64,000 nt of DNA from Tubiluchus corallicola (taxonomy: Eukaryota > Animalia > Priapulida): NCBI GenBank assembly GCA_030141605.1, contig JAQGDQ010000001.1, forward strand, positions 2,542,001 to 2,606,000, written 5' to 3'. Shown in pieces: positions 26,040 to 40,507 of the stretch. The notes below the pieces were generated by a model that saw only the letters and a list, made by a program, of their open reading frames with translations, did not search any database and had not been told where the DNA came from. The stretch's first letter is position 1. Every line of letters starts with the position of its first letter. Made by a program: the position numbers and the translations under genes.

Positions 26040-26870
26040 TGTTTCTCAAACGATATCTCAAACATAATAAGTAACTGCCATATCGTACAATATGCCGATG
26101 ATACTAACATCACAACCAGTAGCATTAATCCGTTTAATGCAGTAGACCATCTCAAAGCAAAAGTAGAAGAAATGAAATATATTCTCGATTATCATCAACT
26201 TAAGATGAACCCAGAAAAAGCCATCTTCAAAGCTTCTAACACCAAGAGATACTACAAATATACTCCTCGATACAAATCAAAGAACTTCTAAAAACAATTT
26301 CTCGATCAACCACAACTAAATTTCTAGGCATGGATGTAGACAAAAATCTTAACTGGGAAAACCAATTAAAAACTATTATTCAAAAAATGGGCCAAGGACC
26401 CAAGGTACTTCATTTTTGAAACAAATTAAAGGACAACTCAACGCAAAAACAAAACTACTAATATATAAAACCATGATCTTGCCCCACTTAATGTATGGCT
26501 GCCACCTACTCTCAAATATATCTAAAACTTCTTTAAACAGGCTAGAAGCTAGAAATGGCCCAAAATTACGCTTTTAAACACGTCCTTGGTTTCAAAACAA
26601 GAGCAAAATATTCAGCTACAGCGAACAAGGAAAAACTAAAAATACCCACTATAGAATCCAATTTCCAATTCCATTCAGTAATTTTTATTTATAAATATTT
26701 AAACGATTTGATGCTAGCTTTCAGTGCCAATTAGCTTCCATTTAATATCGAAAAAATGCTAAACCAAAGAACACACAGCATAAGATAAATAAATTCAAAT
26801 AATAAATATGGACACAATTCAGTCTGCAAAACGGCAATAAATACAGGGAATGCTTAATGCAAAATCTGCA
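26040..26870 (+). mobile_element. Degraded, 5'-truncated non-LTR retrotransposon (RT domain and C-terminal region)
   Basis: CHIVQYADDTNI catalytic motif, LKMNPEK, then after a stop KFLGMDVDKNLNWENQ and LLIYKTMILP-like segments. Multiple stops and frameshifts. Confidence 0.85.
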
Positions 26871-28663
26871 GTGACTCTAAAAAATTCAAAAAATAACTAA
26901 TGTGAAAACATCAAACAACACGTATTATCAACGTTGACCCAGTAGTCTGTAGTTAGTGTCATATCAAAACCTGTCATGCGTAACATCAAATCAACAAATT
27001 AAAACCCGCCACACATAAAACGCTCAAGTCACTAACACAAAACATCCATAAGGCACCTAATTTGAATTTAAATTTGTAAATATTGTAAAGTTTTAAAGTC
27101 TTAAATGTATCTTAAGCCTTAGTGTGATTAATTATAATATCACTTGACTTGTGTTTTTAATTGTAAATTGTAAATTGTAATTTTAACACTATTGCTCACA
27201 GCAGTGGAAACACTGATTACATCAATTTTTGGAATGTAGTTTACAGTTCGTCGATGTGTAATTTTAGCCGCAATAAAGAATTTTATTATATTATTATTAT
27301 TATTATTAAGTCTTAATTTTATCATTTTCGCTTGACTGATGTTACTGTTTTCTAAAACTGCATACACCTTATTGCTCAAATGTCAAGAAAAAATTAGTAT
27401 AGAATATTGAGGCATTTGGAAATTAACAGTGTATTATTGAGCGGATTTTCGTGAGCACGTTCTTGCAATAAATGTGATTCTATGATACCTAGTCACAAAC
27501 GGAAAGCCCCCACTGTATTTGGCTGTCTCCATATCTTCAATGTTGCTAAGTTATCTCAGTTTACCTAGAGTATATAGCTTATATATTTATTAATTAAAAA
27601 TTTTTGTTCAGACTACATTTTTTAGTAAATAGATTTGCGAACGTGCGGTCAGTCATTTGAAAAGACATTAGTTACTAAAAAGGAACAACTACTAGCAACT
27701 GTGCAAAGTTAAGCTTTTAACGCTTAGTATCATTTAGTGAGTAATGTAAGTATGCTATATATATATATATATTATACACGACGGACGGATGGGCGGACAG
27801 ACAGGCATTAGTAACCTTTGACAAATAATATTAGTACTAGTATTAAATAGTCATTAGACTAAACACACATTTCCTATAGATAACATCAAGTTATATCGAG
27901 CTGAATATAATCATATTCATACTTAAAAAAATTTCGGTTTGAAACGTGAGCAACTTTTAGTTTTCTGATGCTGTATAAATTGATTACTACGGCAATGCTA
28001 CAAAGATCGTTGGTTAATTATATGAAGGTCATTCTTATTATCGCTTGAAATAATGTGTTCCAAATATTTTTCTGCACTACAGTTATTCAAAATTATTTTC
28101 AAGTTTAATTTTGCCATAATCAAGAGCTTGCATTTCGTTTGAACTGACAGACATTAATTTAGTTTTATCTACATTTATCCTCATATCAAAATTTTCAGCA
28201 TAAGAAACGTAGACATCAAGGAGGCGATAAAGTACTGTAATAAACGTACGGCATCTGCGTACATTAAATGATTCATAATCATGTTAGCAATATTACAACC
28301 AAGCGGAATGCATGACAATTTGGTAATTAGGGCTATGAAATAGAAGCTAAAAAGAATTGGAAACATTCTGCCACCTTCACGGTTCCCCATTACCCATGCT
28401 GAAAGTTTTTTCAGTGGATGCGCACAACCTAACAAGCATACCTTGGTTCACATAATACTGTAAGGGTAAACGAAAAGCAATATTAGGAAATTCAGTTTTA
28501 ACCAAAATCAAGAAAAAATAATTTGCCCTGTCAAATGTTTTGACGCTTCTATAAAAACAATACGAACAGAACTATTTCATGTTATGTAGTAATCGATGAT
28601 TTCTTTTAAAGTGTTTACGCAAATTACTGTGCCAAGTTTTTCAAATTGGTTCGGAGTTGCAGA

Positions 28664-29900
<1,237 letters not shown>

Positions 29901-30541
29901 TAAACAAAGCTATATGAATTTATATTTTACTAAAGTTAAAATAAAAATTATTTAGTGTTTTGATAATATTTGGTAAGAAATTCACTGCAGTTCATTGACG
30001 AGATTTTATGCACAAGATTGCTTGGTGCTGACATCTTCTGGTAATTTGTATGCTAAAATGTACAGCATTGCCTCATGCTGCCATCTTTTAGCTGACGATT
30101 GAAATAACAAGCTAGCAAGTTCAAACTTTTCAGCTTTTTGTTTAATCTAGATTTATGGATACGAACCGTCATCAATTGAAACGATATGTACAGAAATTTG
30201 GGTAAATAGTGAAACTTTTATAATTGACCCTGTTAAGAACTACGCCAGTATGGCATACCTCGAATATCTGCCCTTGCAAACTGCTTCTTGAATATAAGCA
30301 TAACGTTAAATTTGCATCGTAATCAATTACCCATTCAAGTCTATAGTATAACTGGCATCGTTTCCCAAATTGGCCATGTAATTAGATAGTAATATGTATA
30401 TAAATTCACATATCACGTCAATCAACTACAGAGAATTTCTTACCAAATATTGGCAAAACAATGCTTCAACATTATAAAACTTTAGTAAAACTAAATCATT
30501 TTTATTTTAACTTTAGTGAAATATAAATTCACATACTTTAT

Positions 30542-30645
<104 letters not shown>

Positions 30646-31239
30646 AAAGTAAAAGTACATACATTTAGAAAATTGTTATAAATTAAACTCAATACAGTAT
30701 TTGCTTGCGTCGAAAATGCGAAAATAATATTGAATTCAGGGCATTCAGTCACTTTCCCGCCTATTTTTCAAATAATAATTCAAATATTTTACATAAAGTT
30801 AAAAAGTTAAAAACGTTCAATTAAATCGTTAAAATCAGATAAAATATTTTCGAAAGATAATAATCAGCAATTCATCGTTATGAAATTAGCGTTTTCGACA
30901 GACCCTAACCAAACCATGTGTTGAGAATAGTGAATCTTCTAATTAGTTCATTGTACGTTTGTTGGTGGTTAAGTAAAAGTAAAATTAGTAGAGTAACATA
31001 TTGCTTGTAAGTAGAGTTAGCATAAGCTTGATCAATGGTGAATAATGTGGCTTTGTGTAATATTGATTTCTCAACATAGATTTGTAAACAATCTTATTTC
31101 TAAAATGCTCAGTTGTCAAGAAAATGATTTCTTTAGGCGGAAAATTGTTAATATTATCAGTAAACACGTAAATGACATTGCCTGAATATCACAGAATGCT
31201 TGAAAGTCACAAAATACTTTAGTATCAGAAACCAACATA

Positions 31240-31455
31240 TTAGCGAAGTACCGATTGAAGTATTTCGCTAATGTTTTCAAAAACCTTTATGAGATCTGAA
31301 TAAGCACACAATACCAGAATTTTCCTTCTTTTCATGTCGGCTTTGGTGTCGAACAAGCTACCAAGGTATTTGCGTCTTTCCCATGAATCATTATCTCCTC
31401 TTCGAATATGATATTCTCCTGTCTTTGTATTGTTGACGTTAAGATTATTTTTTCT
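31240..31455 (-). mobile_element. Degraded LINE RT fragment
   Basis: NLNVNNTKT...KYLGSLFDTKADMKRR resembles the end of a non-LTR RT domain. Confidence 0.6.
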
Positions 31456-34081
31456 AAACGGCGGGTGATTGTATATTTTGCGTCTTACATTTCGGAAACG
31501 CTTTGCACAAAAAAACAGATATTGTATCACTCAGTTCAGACGTTTTCGTTTGTGACGTACTGCACAGGACACGCGTTCGACAGCTCATGCGTGAGCACAG
31601 CAGTAAATTTGAATTTTGAATCTTTATCTTATTACGTTTTAATTGTAATAGTCGATTTGTATCTCATAATAGCTAGTAAACTAACTAGTAATACGTCAGT
31701 TTTTTATGTATAATAGTAATCTGTAGTTCTACCTGTATATATAATTTTCTTTTTGCACTTGCCAATGTATGTAATGTTAATTGCATATTTGCGCAATAAA
31801 TTGAATTGAATTTGCAGTTCCTCTATATTAGCCGTAATGCATGCCATTCTCCGCATATTGCATGGAGATTAAAGACGAAGATCTTCCGAATGTAGCATAA
31901 TTATGTTCAACGAACACGTGCAACAAGTTCGTGGAATGTTTTTGTTGGTGAAAATTACGTTCGTTTGTGACGTCATCAGTAGTTAGGCTCGCCCGCGTTT
32001 AATTAGGATTTTAATCTACTACCAGGTATTTCATTATTAACAACGCTTTTGCAGTATTATTGGTGTTAAAATGTATACGTTTTGCCGTATTTGAAAATGG
32101 GGTAGTATATGAAAAATCATCCTGTCTTCCTTTAAAGCTCTCAGATCTCAGTTAAACCCATCGTCCCCTTGTATTGCCGACTGGCGAAAACAGACAGTTA
32201 GAGTCACTGAGTTGCAGTTTTTTATTAGGCTGTGGTTATTTTAACTATATTTGAATCATATTGGTCGTTCACTAGGATCAACTTGTTCATGTAGTGACGC
32301 ACTTCTGACGTCTGAGCACTAGTTATTTGAATGTTAATTTGAAATTTTGTAAGAGAAGAAAGGTAATTTGAAAGAGAAGAAATTTGTCAATGCTTTCAGT
32401 AATAATTGTATCAGGTATGCATGAAACGAAATGATATTTTGTTAGTAGATTTTATTAATCTTATAAAAGACGATTTTATCCTATACACCACATCAGAAAA
32501 TCAAGATTAAGCAAATTAATTGCGTGCAAGCAGATTCTGTAGAATTTTTATTAGATGATACATGTCTGTAAGATGCAAATGCATTTAAATGTTCTGATTA
32601 CAAATTTAAACTAAATTAGCCAGGTTTTGAAAAAGCGAGATTTGTTAAAGAATTTGACAATGAAACACATGTAATTTTGTAAATTTGTTTTATGAATTAA
32701 TTCAGTATAATACGTTTTTGCATTTTGTAATCAAACCATTATGTTTTAAATTGTATGCCTGCAAGTAATAATCCACCAGTGGAAATGACAAATTGGCCTA
32801 TTTGTTCTCTCCACCTTTCGATTTAGTCACTGCATTTTTTTACGACTCAGCTTGAGAAGAAATCCATCATCTAGTGTATCATGCAGTTGATGGCAAGCTT
32901 GCAGAGTATGTCACGCAGAGCTTCAAAAGTTATTGTGAAGGACTGAAGGTCTAATGTAATTGTAATCCAGTAACACGTTATTATACATAATCCGATATGC
33001 ATCAATAAAGCAAATCAATAGTAATAAGCACCTTAACATTATAACTAATTACTTGTGTGTATATTATGTATTGATTTGTAATGAATGCAGTGGTTTGAGC
33101 GAAATTGCTTTATGATGAACACTTTTAATTATTCATACATACCTTATGCACCAAGCTATTGTATAATGTACAGCACCGCACCGTCTGTTAAGCATTCAAC
33201 TGAAGTAAGACTGTGGAAGTCAAAACACATGAATACTGAGATTGCAAAAGTGCCTAGACAGGTCACCACTTACCAATATAATCATTTCATAAACCTTTAT
33301 TAATATGCGGATAAATCGATTATACAGTTTTTACCACGTTTTTTAACACAAAAGCTACATTAAACTTTTATTATTTACTATTGAAGCTACAATTTTATTA
33401 TTGCACACGTAGTTTCATCACAATAGAAATAGTATAAAAAATATCAAATTGCTAAAGATTAGAGCATCATTTAAAAAAAACTGTGTCAATTATTAATTTA
33501 TTTAATATGAAAATTGCTCTATAGTCACTTAGCTCACTTGGAATGTATAGGCGAATGGGCTACTTGACGTGCAGCTAATGAAGGGCAGAAAAGATAAGGT
33601 AAAGATATGTGTACTACGTCTAAAGTAACACCCTTTGGTAAAGTTGAACATTCATCTTATGAGAATGAGAAATGTTAAGGATTTCACGTGCCAAAATATT
33701 GATTACAAAATTATTACAACACTAGATACGATACTGATGAAAACTATGGTACATATTATATGGACGAGTACGTATTATGTGTACGCATATGTATAGATAA
33801 TTCACAGTAAAGCACTTATAAATAGAAATGCAATGTAAACTTGTTTCTGCGGCTGACATTCAAGTTAAGTTAGTTCACATAATTATGTAGGCCTGCGCAC
33901 GTGTTTGATATTCTAGTTCGACCAATAGCTTCATAAATGGTGAAAGGTTGAACACAGAAAGGTAGATGTCATCTTTTTATGGTTTTATTACCAACTTATA
34001 TTAAATGAAGCATATTATCTACCCTATAGCTAGACTTCATAAGCCTGATTCCTTCGATCGTCTATGACTCTGAGCACATTT

Positions 34082-36031
34082 TCAAGGCAATGTTGTGTAT
34101 TTACTGTGGTACTCACTCTCCCATGCAGCAAAAGGCGGTCGCCTGCAATTATATATTTCTCTCTGCATGTGATTTGGCCCGATCTGCTGCCATATGGAAC
34201 TTTTCCACGGCTCAGAAAAAGGCAGCGTGGTCTTTCCCCTTTGGTGAGTGCAGTGACAAGAAGACTTTGCTTTTACGTGATGTCGGTCCTGTGCCATCAG
34301 TGCTTCTGGATGAATCTGAATATGAGTATATGCTATAGAACTAGTACAGTTAGTTGTTTTTACTTAAAATCAATTTGTATCTTGAGACGAAGTTTTTAGG
34401 TAATAACTACAACTATAACTATTCCAATCACAAACACGACTATGACGACAGTGAAAACGATGATGATGATGACGACAATAACAACAACATCGATAATGAC
34501 AATGATGTCGATTAAGATGCTGATAATGATGTTGCTGTTGACGATGCTTCTGGAGGTGGTGATGTGGTGGTGATGATGATTATCATGATGATCATGATGA
34601 TTATCATGATGGTGATGATGATGATTATGATGATGAAGATGATTTTGATGACTGTGATGACCAAATGATGCCTTATTGCACTTACATCATTTGTATCAGC
34701 TCGTACATTGTAAGTGCGCTGAGAACCAGTGGTATTCACTTTATTTCCACTACCTGCGTAAGGAAGATAGAGAGGTTTCGCTAGAGAGTGTCGCCGTTGA
34801 TGCGGTGGTGGAGATGGTGATGCTTCCCTTCTCCAGCGTGGTGCACTAGCTGCTCTTCCTAGAGAAACAAAAATGATGCTAATGTTATTGACTTGCATGA
34901 TACTGTATGTTGCCATGAAGTCTATGATGACACATAGAAAGCAAATTCCATGGTGCGAGTGAACTAAGAGAATAACTATCCCTATGCGGGTTGGATCACA
35001 CCGACACATTGACGATCGATACTTCTGTGACCTTTGACGTTTGAACTGTAAGTTGCCATCAATCTGTCTAGAGCTTCTATATTGGAACCACAATTTTCAC
35101 TATAGTGTTGCCTAACTTCTCTTAGAATCGAAACATAGAAGAGTTAATTTGTTAAAGACACTCCGTTTTGTGACAAATTCTTTCATTTGCTGATCATCAC
35201 GCATCTGTTAGCAGTTTCCAAGGTACGTTTAAAAGTCTATATTATTTGTAATATTTGCTACATTTTCGATTTGATGGTAAATATGTGTAAGAGGGAATCA
35301 AGAGTGGCAACGGGAAAAGAATAGCCGGCTAAATTCAAAACTACTTTTTCTACATTTTACGACATTTTTGCAATCGTTAATTTACCTAAATAGAATACAC
35401 TGATGGATGGACTGAAAACTGAAGTTTACAGTCTGGGTGTCTTTTTTTAGTTGTAAAATAAAAATAGCAAGCAAGCACCCATTAGCATACCAATATGAAT
35501 GCAAGTACCTCTGCAATGATCGAATGATCTTTTCCGAGATCGACTTTCGCGGTGTCCATGTTTGTGCGAGTGATGATAATGGTGGCACGTCAGCCACTGA
35601 TCTGGTGTCTGCACAGCAACTTCTCTCACAATAGCAACTGGACTCTTAGCCTTCCATTCTGGGGTTAAAATTCTGTCCCTATTTTTGCAACATTCTGATG
35701 TTTGCGTCAGTTTGTTATAAATAGTTTTCCTAATTCGAGCTGTACTTGGTCGGCTTGACGAGACGGGTGCGTACAAATGACTTCGCATATCTAGTTCTAC
35801 GTCATTTTTGTGAAAGTTTTGGGGCGTGTGGTGTCTATAATGCGGAACGGGACTAAATTCCGTAGCGTCATTTTCATAATCGTCTTCCAAATCCCATTCG
35901 GTGGGTTGATGACGATGCTCTATTTCTCGTCGTCTTGCTCTGTACTCTTGAAGAATTTTGTAAACATCAACAACGTAGTTCTCCAATGGAGGTTGGTACT
36001 TGCTGTCATATTCTGTCCTCTTGTGAACCAT
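34082..36031 (-). CDS. CCSAP: Centriole, cilia and spindle-associated protein homologue (~309 aa); exons 36031-35509, 34858-34686, 34315-34082
   Basis: Three GT-AG exons in phase (1, 0). The N-terminus KRTEYDSKYQPP...YKILQEYRARRREIEHRHQPTEWD, the internal YLPYAGSGNKVNTTGSQRTYNVRA...IHPEAL and the C-terminal WESEYHSKY match, in order, the conserved blocks of vertebrate CCSAP as I recall them (KSEYMKRY, TGSQKTHNV, IHESAL, WMTEY). Confidence 0.82.
34435..34670. repeat. Degenerate (ATG)n intronic repeat
   Basis: GAT/GAC/GGT trinucleotide runs in the last CCSAP intron. Confidence 0.85.
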
Positions 36032-36509
36032 CCTTAAGTAACTAAAAGATAAAGGCAAAGAGTCAACAGTGATAACATTTCTTTTTTACAACAATCCTGC
36101 TTATTATAAATTTTTGACTGATATTCTCATTATGATCATCATCATCGCCATCGTCGTTATTGTGGGATGGTGGTAGTCGTCGTCATCGTCTAACACCGCC
36201 CCACTATCATAGACATTAAGGTAAGTGTCGTCACTGTCATTAAAATCGTCACAATTCTCATCACCATCGCATTGCAATATTTATTGTTAAATATGACGAA
36301 TATTGTTATATTTATCCTGTATGTTTTTTACCTAGGTAGCCTACATAAGCATCACCTATTTTTAATCTCCTAAAATTATTATTATCAGCCTTAATTTCTT
36401 TCTAATTTTGTATTACTTTGTAATGTATTAATTTGTATGTTATTAGCATTTATTTGTACTGTGTTAATAGTTTTGAATACATTTCGATTTATTTATTTAT
36501 TTTTTTTAT

Positions 36510-36580
36510 GCATCATCTTCACCACCATCATCATCATCATCGTCATTGTCATTATCATCATGATCATCATCATTACCATA

Positions 36581-36612
<32 letters not shown>

Positions 36613-36660
36613 CGTCGTCGTCGTCATCGTCGTTAACACCATCATCACTATCATATCCAT
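36510..36660. repeat. Degenerate (ATC)n repeat
   Basis: Directly visible; source of poly-His/Ile/Met ORFs. Confidence 0.9.
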
Positions 36661-37459
36661 TAGTGCTATTACTGGCAGTAAAATTGCCACATTTGTTGTT
36701 ATCGTCGATGCGTCCCCGTCGTCGTCCCCGTCTGTATTGCTGTTGTCAATAGATGATAGAATGGTGAGCTTTACATTTAATTATCATATAAATTCTTTTT
36801 TGCAGCAAATATTACTTTTAAACCAACATTTGCAAAAATTCGCGAATACGACAAAATATTTTTTGTTATTATCTAGTAGATTTACTGATTAACATGTACT
36901 TACCGAGAGTACTGTATTAAAGAATATGGAACTCTCTCGTGTGTGTGTGCTCGCGTGCGTGGTGTGTTGCATATGCCTTTATAAACGAACTGCAATCGCG
37001 CATCGGTCTCTCAACAACGCAAGTGCATGGCAAGATTCAAGAAACCACTGCGTATAGATCTGCCTACAGGTTAATTATTATGAAACACACGATTGGTTTT
37101 AAATTTCATAACCGATTGCTAAACTAAAAAATTAAAATTCTCTCGTTATTGAAAGGTAGTAAAAGAGTTTGTTATTAATAAGGATTAATGGTCCACTTTT
37201 TCACTCCTCGGTACGAAAAATAGTCTTGCGGGAGAGCAAAGAACGAGCAAAACTTAAGTGCAACATATGATTCAAAGAGAAATAAAAAGAGTAGAACAAT
37301 AGTTTGAAAATGCTGCACAAATCGAGAACTTAACTAGTTAAAGTCAGTCATTATTTGGCGTATACTGTTGTTGCTTGAGCGTTCGCTCTATGTTCCATTT
37401 ATCTCCACTTATCCAAAATGCTATATGAAACAAAAGATAAAACATTAATAACACTAAAA

Positions 37460-37931
37460 ATATGACGTGGGTAAGAACGCAACTTGTAGCATTTTGTACA
37501 CAGTTTTACTGTAGTACTCTCTGGTATAATCACGATATACGAAATATTGAAACAATGCGTATTACCTATATACCATCTTTAATCGTCCTAATCGCTATAG
37601 TGCAAGCCATATGTATGTTAGCTACAAAACGTACCGAGTTTCTCGTACATACGTACAAAAGCTGTAGACTTTGGTGTGTCTCAGAAGTACGCTGCTTTTG
37701 AGTCAGAATACCGTTATTAATAACTTGCTGTACAATACTAATACAGTTTTTAGACAGAGCATTTTTAAGTCGTGGCAAAGGATCTTATATACACATTCTA
37801 ATTAACGTTTTCTTGTAAATAAAGTTGCTATGTTATCTATAAGCTAACGCTGTGCGTTTTTACTTGTGCCTTATCTTTATTCTTGTCTTACGGATCGTGG
37901 ATTTTAAATGTCTGAAATAAAATAAGTAATA

Positions 37932-37985
<54 letters not shown>

Positions 37986-38005
37986 ATGATGATGATGATG
38001 ATAAT
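37460..38005 (+). mobile_element. Old LINE 3' fragment with AATAAA and (ATG)n tail
   Basis: AFCTQFYCSTLW parallels the LFNSYCNSFYGMATW block of the 29-kb element. Ends GTCTGAAATAAA followed by ATG repeats. Confidence 0.55.
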
Positions 38006-40507
38006 TATAATAATAATATAATAAATTTAACTGTAGCTAAAATGGTAACAAAGAAAAACTAAAATTTCACAAAGGAAAATATAGTAACCAAAAAAATATT
38101 AGTGTCACCGTAGTGTCACAACATCTTTGAAGAAAAAGACTTTCGCGAATCCTGAGAAATACTAGTTTCACTGCAACGATCATTAGTCTGTCTAATTGAT
38201 CCGCGTTGGTCCGCGGTGATGGAATTACGAAAAAAAATCAACTTTGTAGAGGCTATCTATATTTGCAAGTTTTCTTAGCAATGTTTTTTACCTTTCCTAG
38301 TCTTAGTGGCTCATTTTAGAATCCAGGATTGTTGGTTTGATGGTGGAGCTAAAAAGATCAGTGTGGCACTTTGCATACAGATAATTGGGTCTTGATCCTT
38401 TACACGCAAGTAGGTAATATGTGTTGCTTGTTTGGTTCTTAGGTAAAAGGTACTGACCGAAGTTCTAAAATCTACTTCTGCCTCAGATTTCTGAGACCCC
38501 ATCATGCGCAGCTAGAACGTTTTTTGCCAAGCAGGGTTCGTTTAGAGAAGAAACCTGTTACATGATGACGAGAGTGTTTTTTACAAACGCCTCTACAAGG
38601 ACGAAGCGTTACAAGTTCGCTGTGGATTTTTTGTCAGGACAACTTGGCATATATATGACGTATGGTCTGCATATTTTCACAGATCACTGCAGCCTGATGT
38701 AGACTGACGCCCAAGGCTGGCAGTACGGTACGGTGCGGTACGAAAATATCGTACTTCGTACATCTAAAAACCGTACCGTAATTCCGTGCCATACTTACAA
38801 AATCGAATCAGATCGTACTAGTGCGATAAAATATCGTACCGCAATTTCGTACCAAGTACATGTAGGATCTACTTTAAAAAGAGCACAAGAAAACAGTAGC
38901 ATAAAAATTAATTGTAAAAACGATAAGTTTATCATTTTATATCATAAGCGTTCTTATGAATTTATGAATAAAAGCAGAACTGCTGTTTGAACTTCCATAC
39001 TATTTATTTCAGATTGAACGCCTCAGCTTGCCTGGCTTTGTTTTTAAAGTTAAATCATCTGGTTAATGATTTAAATGGTTTAAAGAATTTTAGTTATTTT
39101 TTCGTCATATAAGATATGTAAGGTGTTTTGAGCACTTTCCCAGTTTTTTGTTCTTGTTTTAGAAGTAGATATGTGTTACTAGGCTTTAACTCTAATCAGT
39201 AAAATAATTGCTGTAGCGTTGTAATTTAAATTAGTTCATTATCACAGTAATATAAAATTAGTAATTTGAATCATTATTTTAAAGCAATTTATCGTTTTCA
39301 TCCTCAGACGTTACAACAGCAAAATAATTAAAATGAAGTAATATGCAGTGTAATAAGACACGATAATGTAAATGATAATTTATATTAATAAGTGAAAAGT
39401 TTAGGGTATAGCTTAGGGTATAGAAAACAACGTTTTGGACTGAACAAATTCACGTAAAATGGGAACGTAAATTTTAAACTTAGTATTAAAAATTAAGATT
39501 TGCAAAAATGGACTTAAACAAAATTAAACTTAAACAGAGTCTTTAAGTGACCGTAGGAGAGTCAAAATTATACCTGTTGATCTTATTACTCTGTAAATTA
39601 TTAGGTTTATTTGATTTAATTATCTTTCAGTTGTAACAAGATTTGAGGAAGAGATTGGGAAATCTCAAAACAACATGGTCAATAAAATATATTTAATATT
39701 TATATTTGTGTATGTGTATGTATACATAATTTTAAACTATATCACGCCTACATCGATGAATTTATTCTTCTTTACTACTAAAGTTTTGCACTCTTTTACG
39801 TTAAGTTTTTTCAGTACAGTATTTTCTGCAGCTGCATGAGACAAGTAAGCAACTTGATTTTAGTTGGTAATTACACTTTATTTTTATCCCGACACAGATT
39901 TGTGAAGGCATTAGCTTTATGTCTCTCCTAAAAGTGTACAATAAAAATTCTGTTTTTCCTAAATTGTGAAGTTTTCAGTCTTCAAAACAAACAGTTTTAT
40001 TTAAAAATTAAGGAGCAATTGCGCTGACTTTTGGTTTGCCCTTCCGTTCCAGTTGCAGCTTAATTTGAACTAGTTGCTAGTCAACGCTTTGTTCAATCAG
40101 CCTATCATTCCATTGGGTTTTTTAGGTCAACCTTTTTTAGACATTCAGTCTCCTTTTTTTACCAAGCCACTTTGCGTTTTTAACAGTCTACCCGCACAGC
40201 TTTATATAACAATGTTTTGCCCTGATATAATGATAAAACATTGGATGAAACAAGAATCTACAAGAATAACAAGAATAAACAACTTTTATTGGCAATTAAC
40301 TGAAGATTCACACAAATGACAATTATTACTGATCAAGAATTGACAAATTTTTGACAAGAATCATGATTTCTCTAGATGATAGTCGTTTATACAGACAAAT
40401 TTATAGAATTGTAATTGAAAAACTGGCAGATGATTTTGCGGCTATTTTCTCTGTTATATTCTAATTACAATGACTCGAGTACGTTGGAGTAGCCATGTCA
40501 TCTTTTA

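Noticed and set aside
34748-34754. GCAG|GTAGTG as the donor of CCSAP exon 2
   Set aside because: It would remove the conserved TGSQRTYNV block and break phase with the last exon; the GTAAGT donor at 34685 fits.
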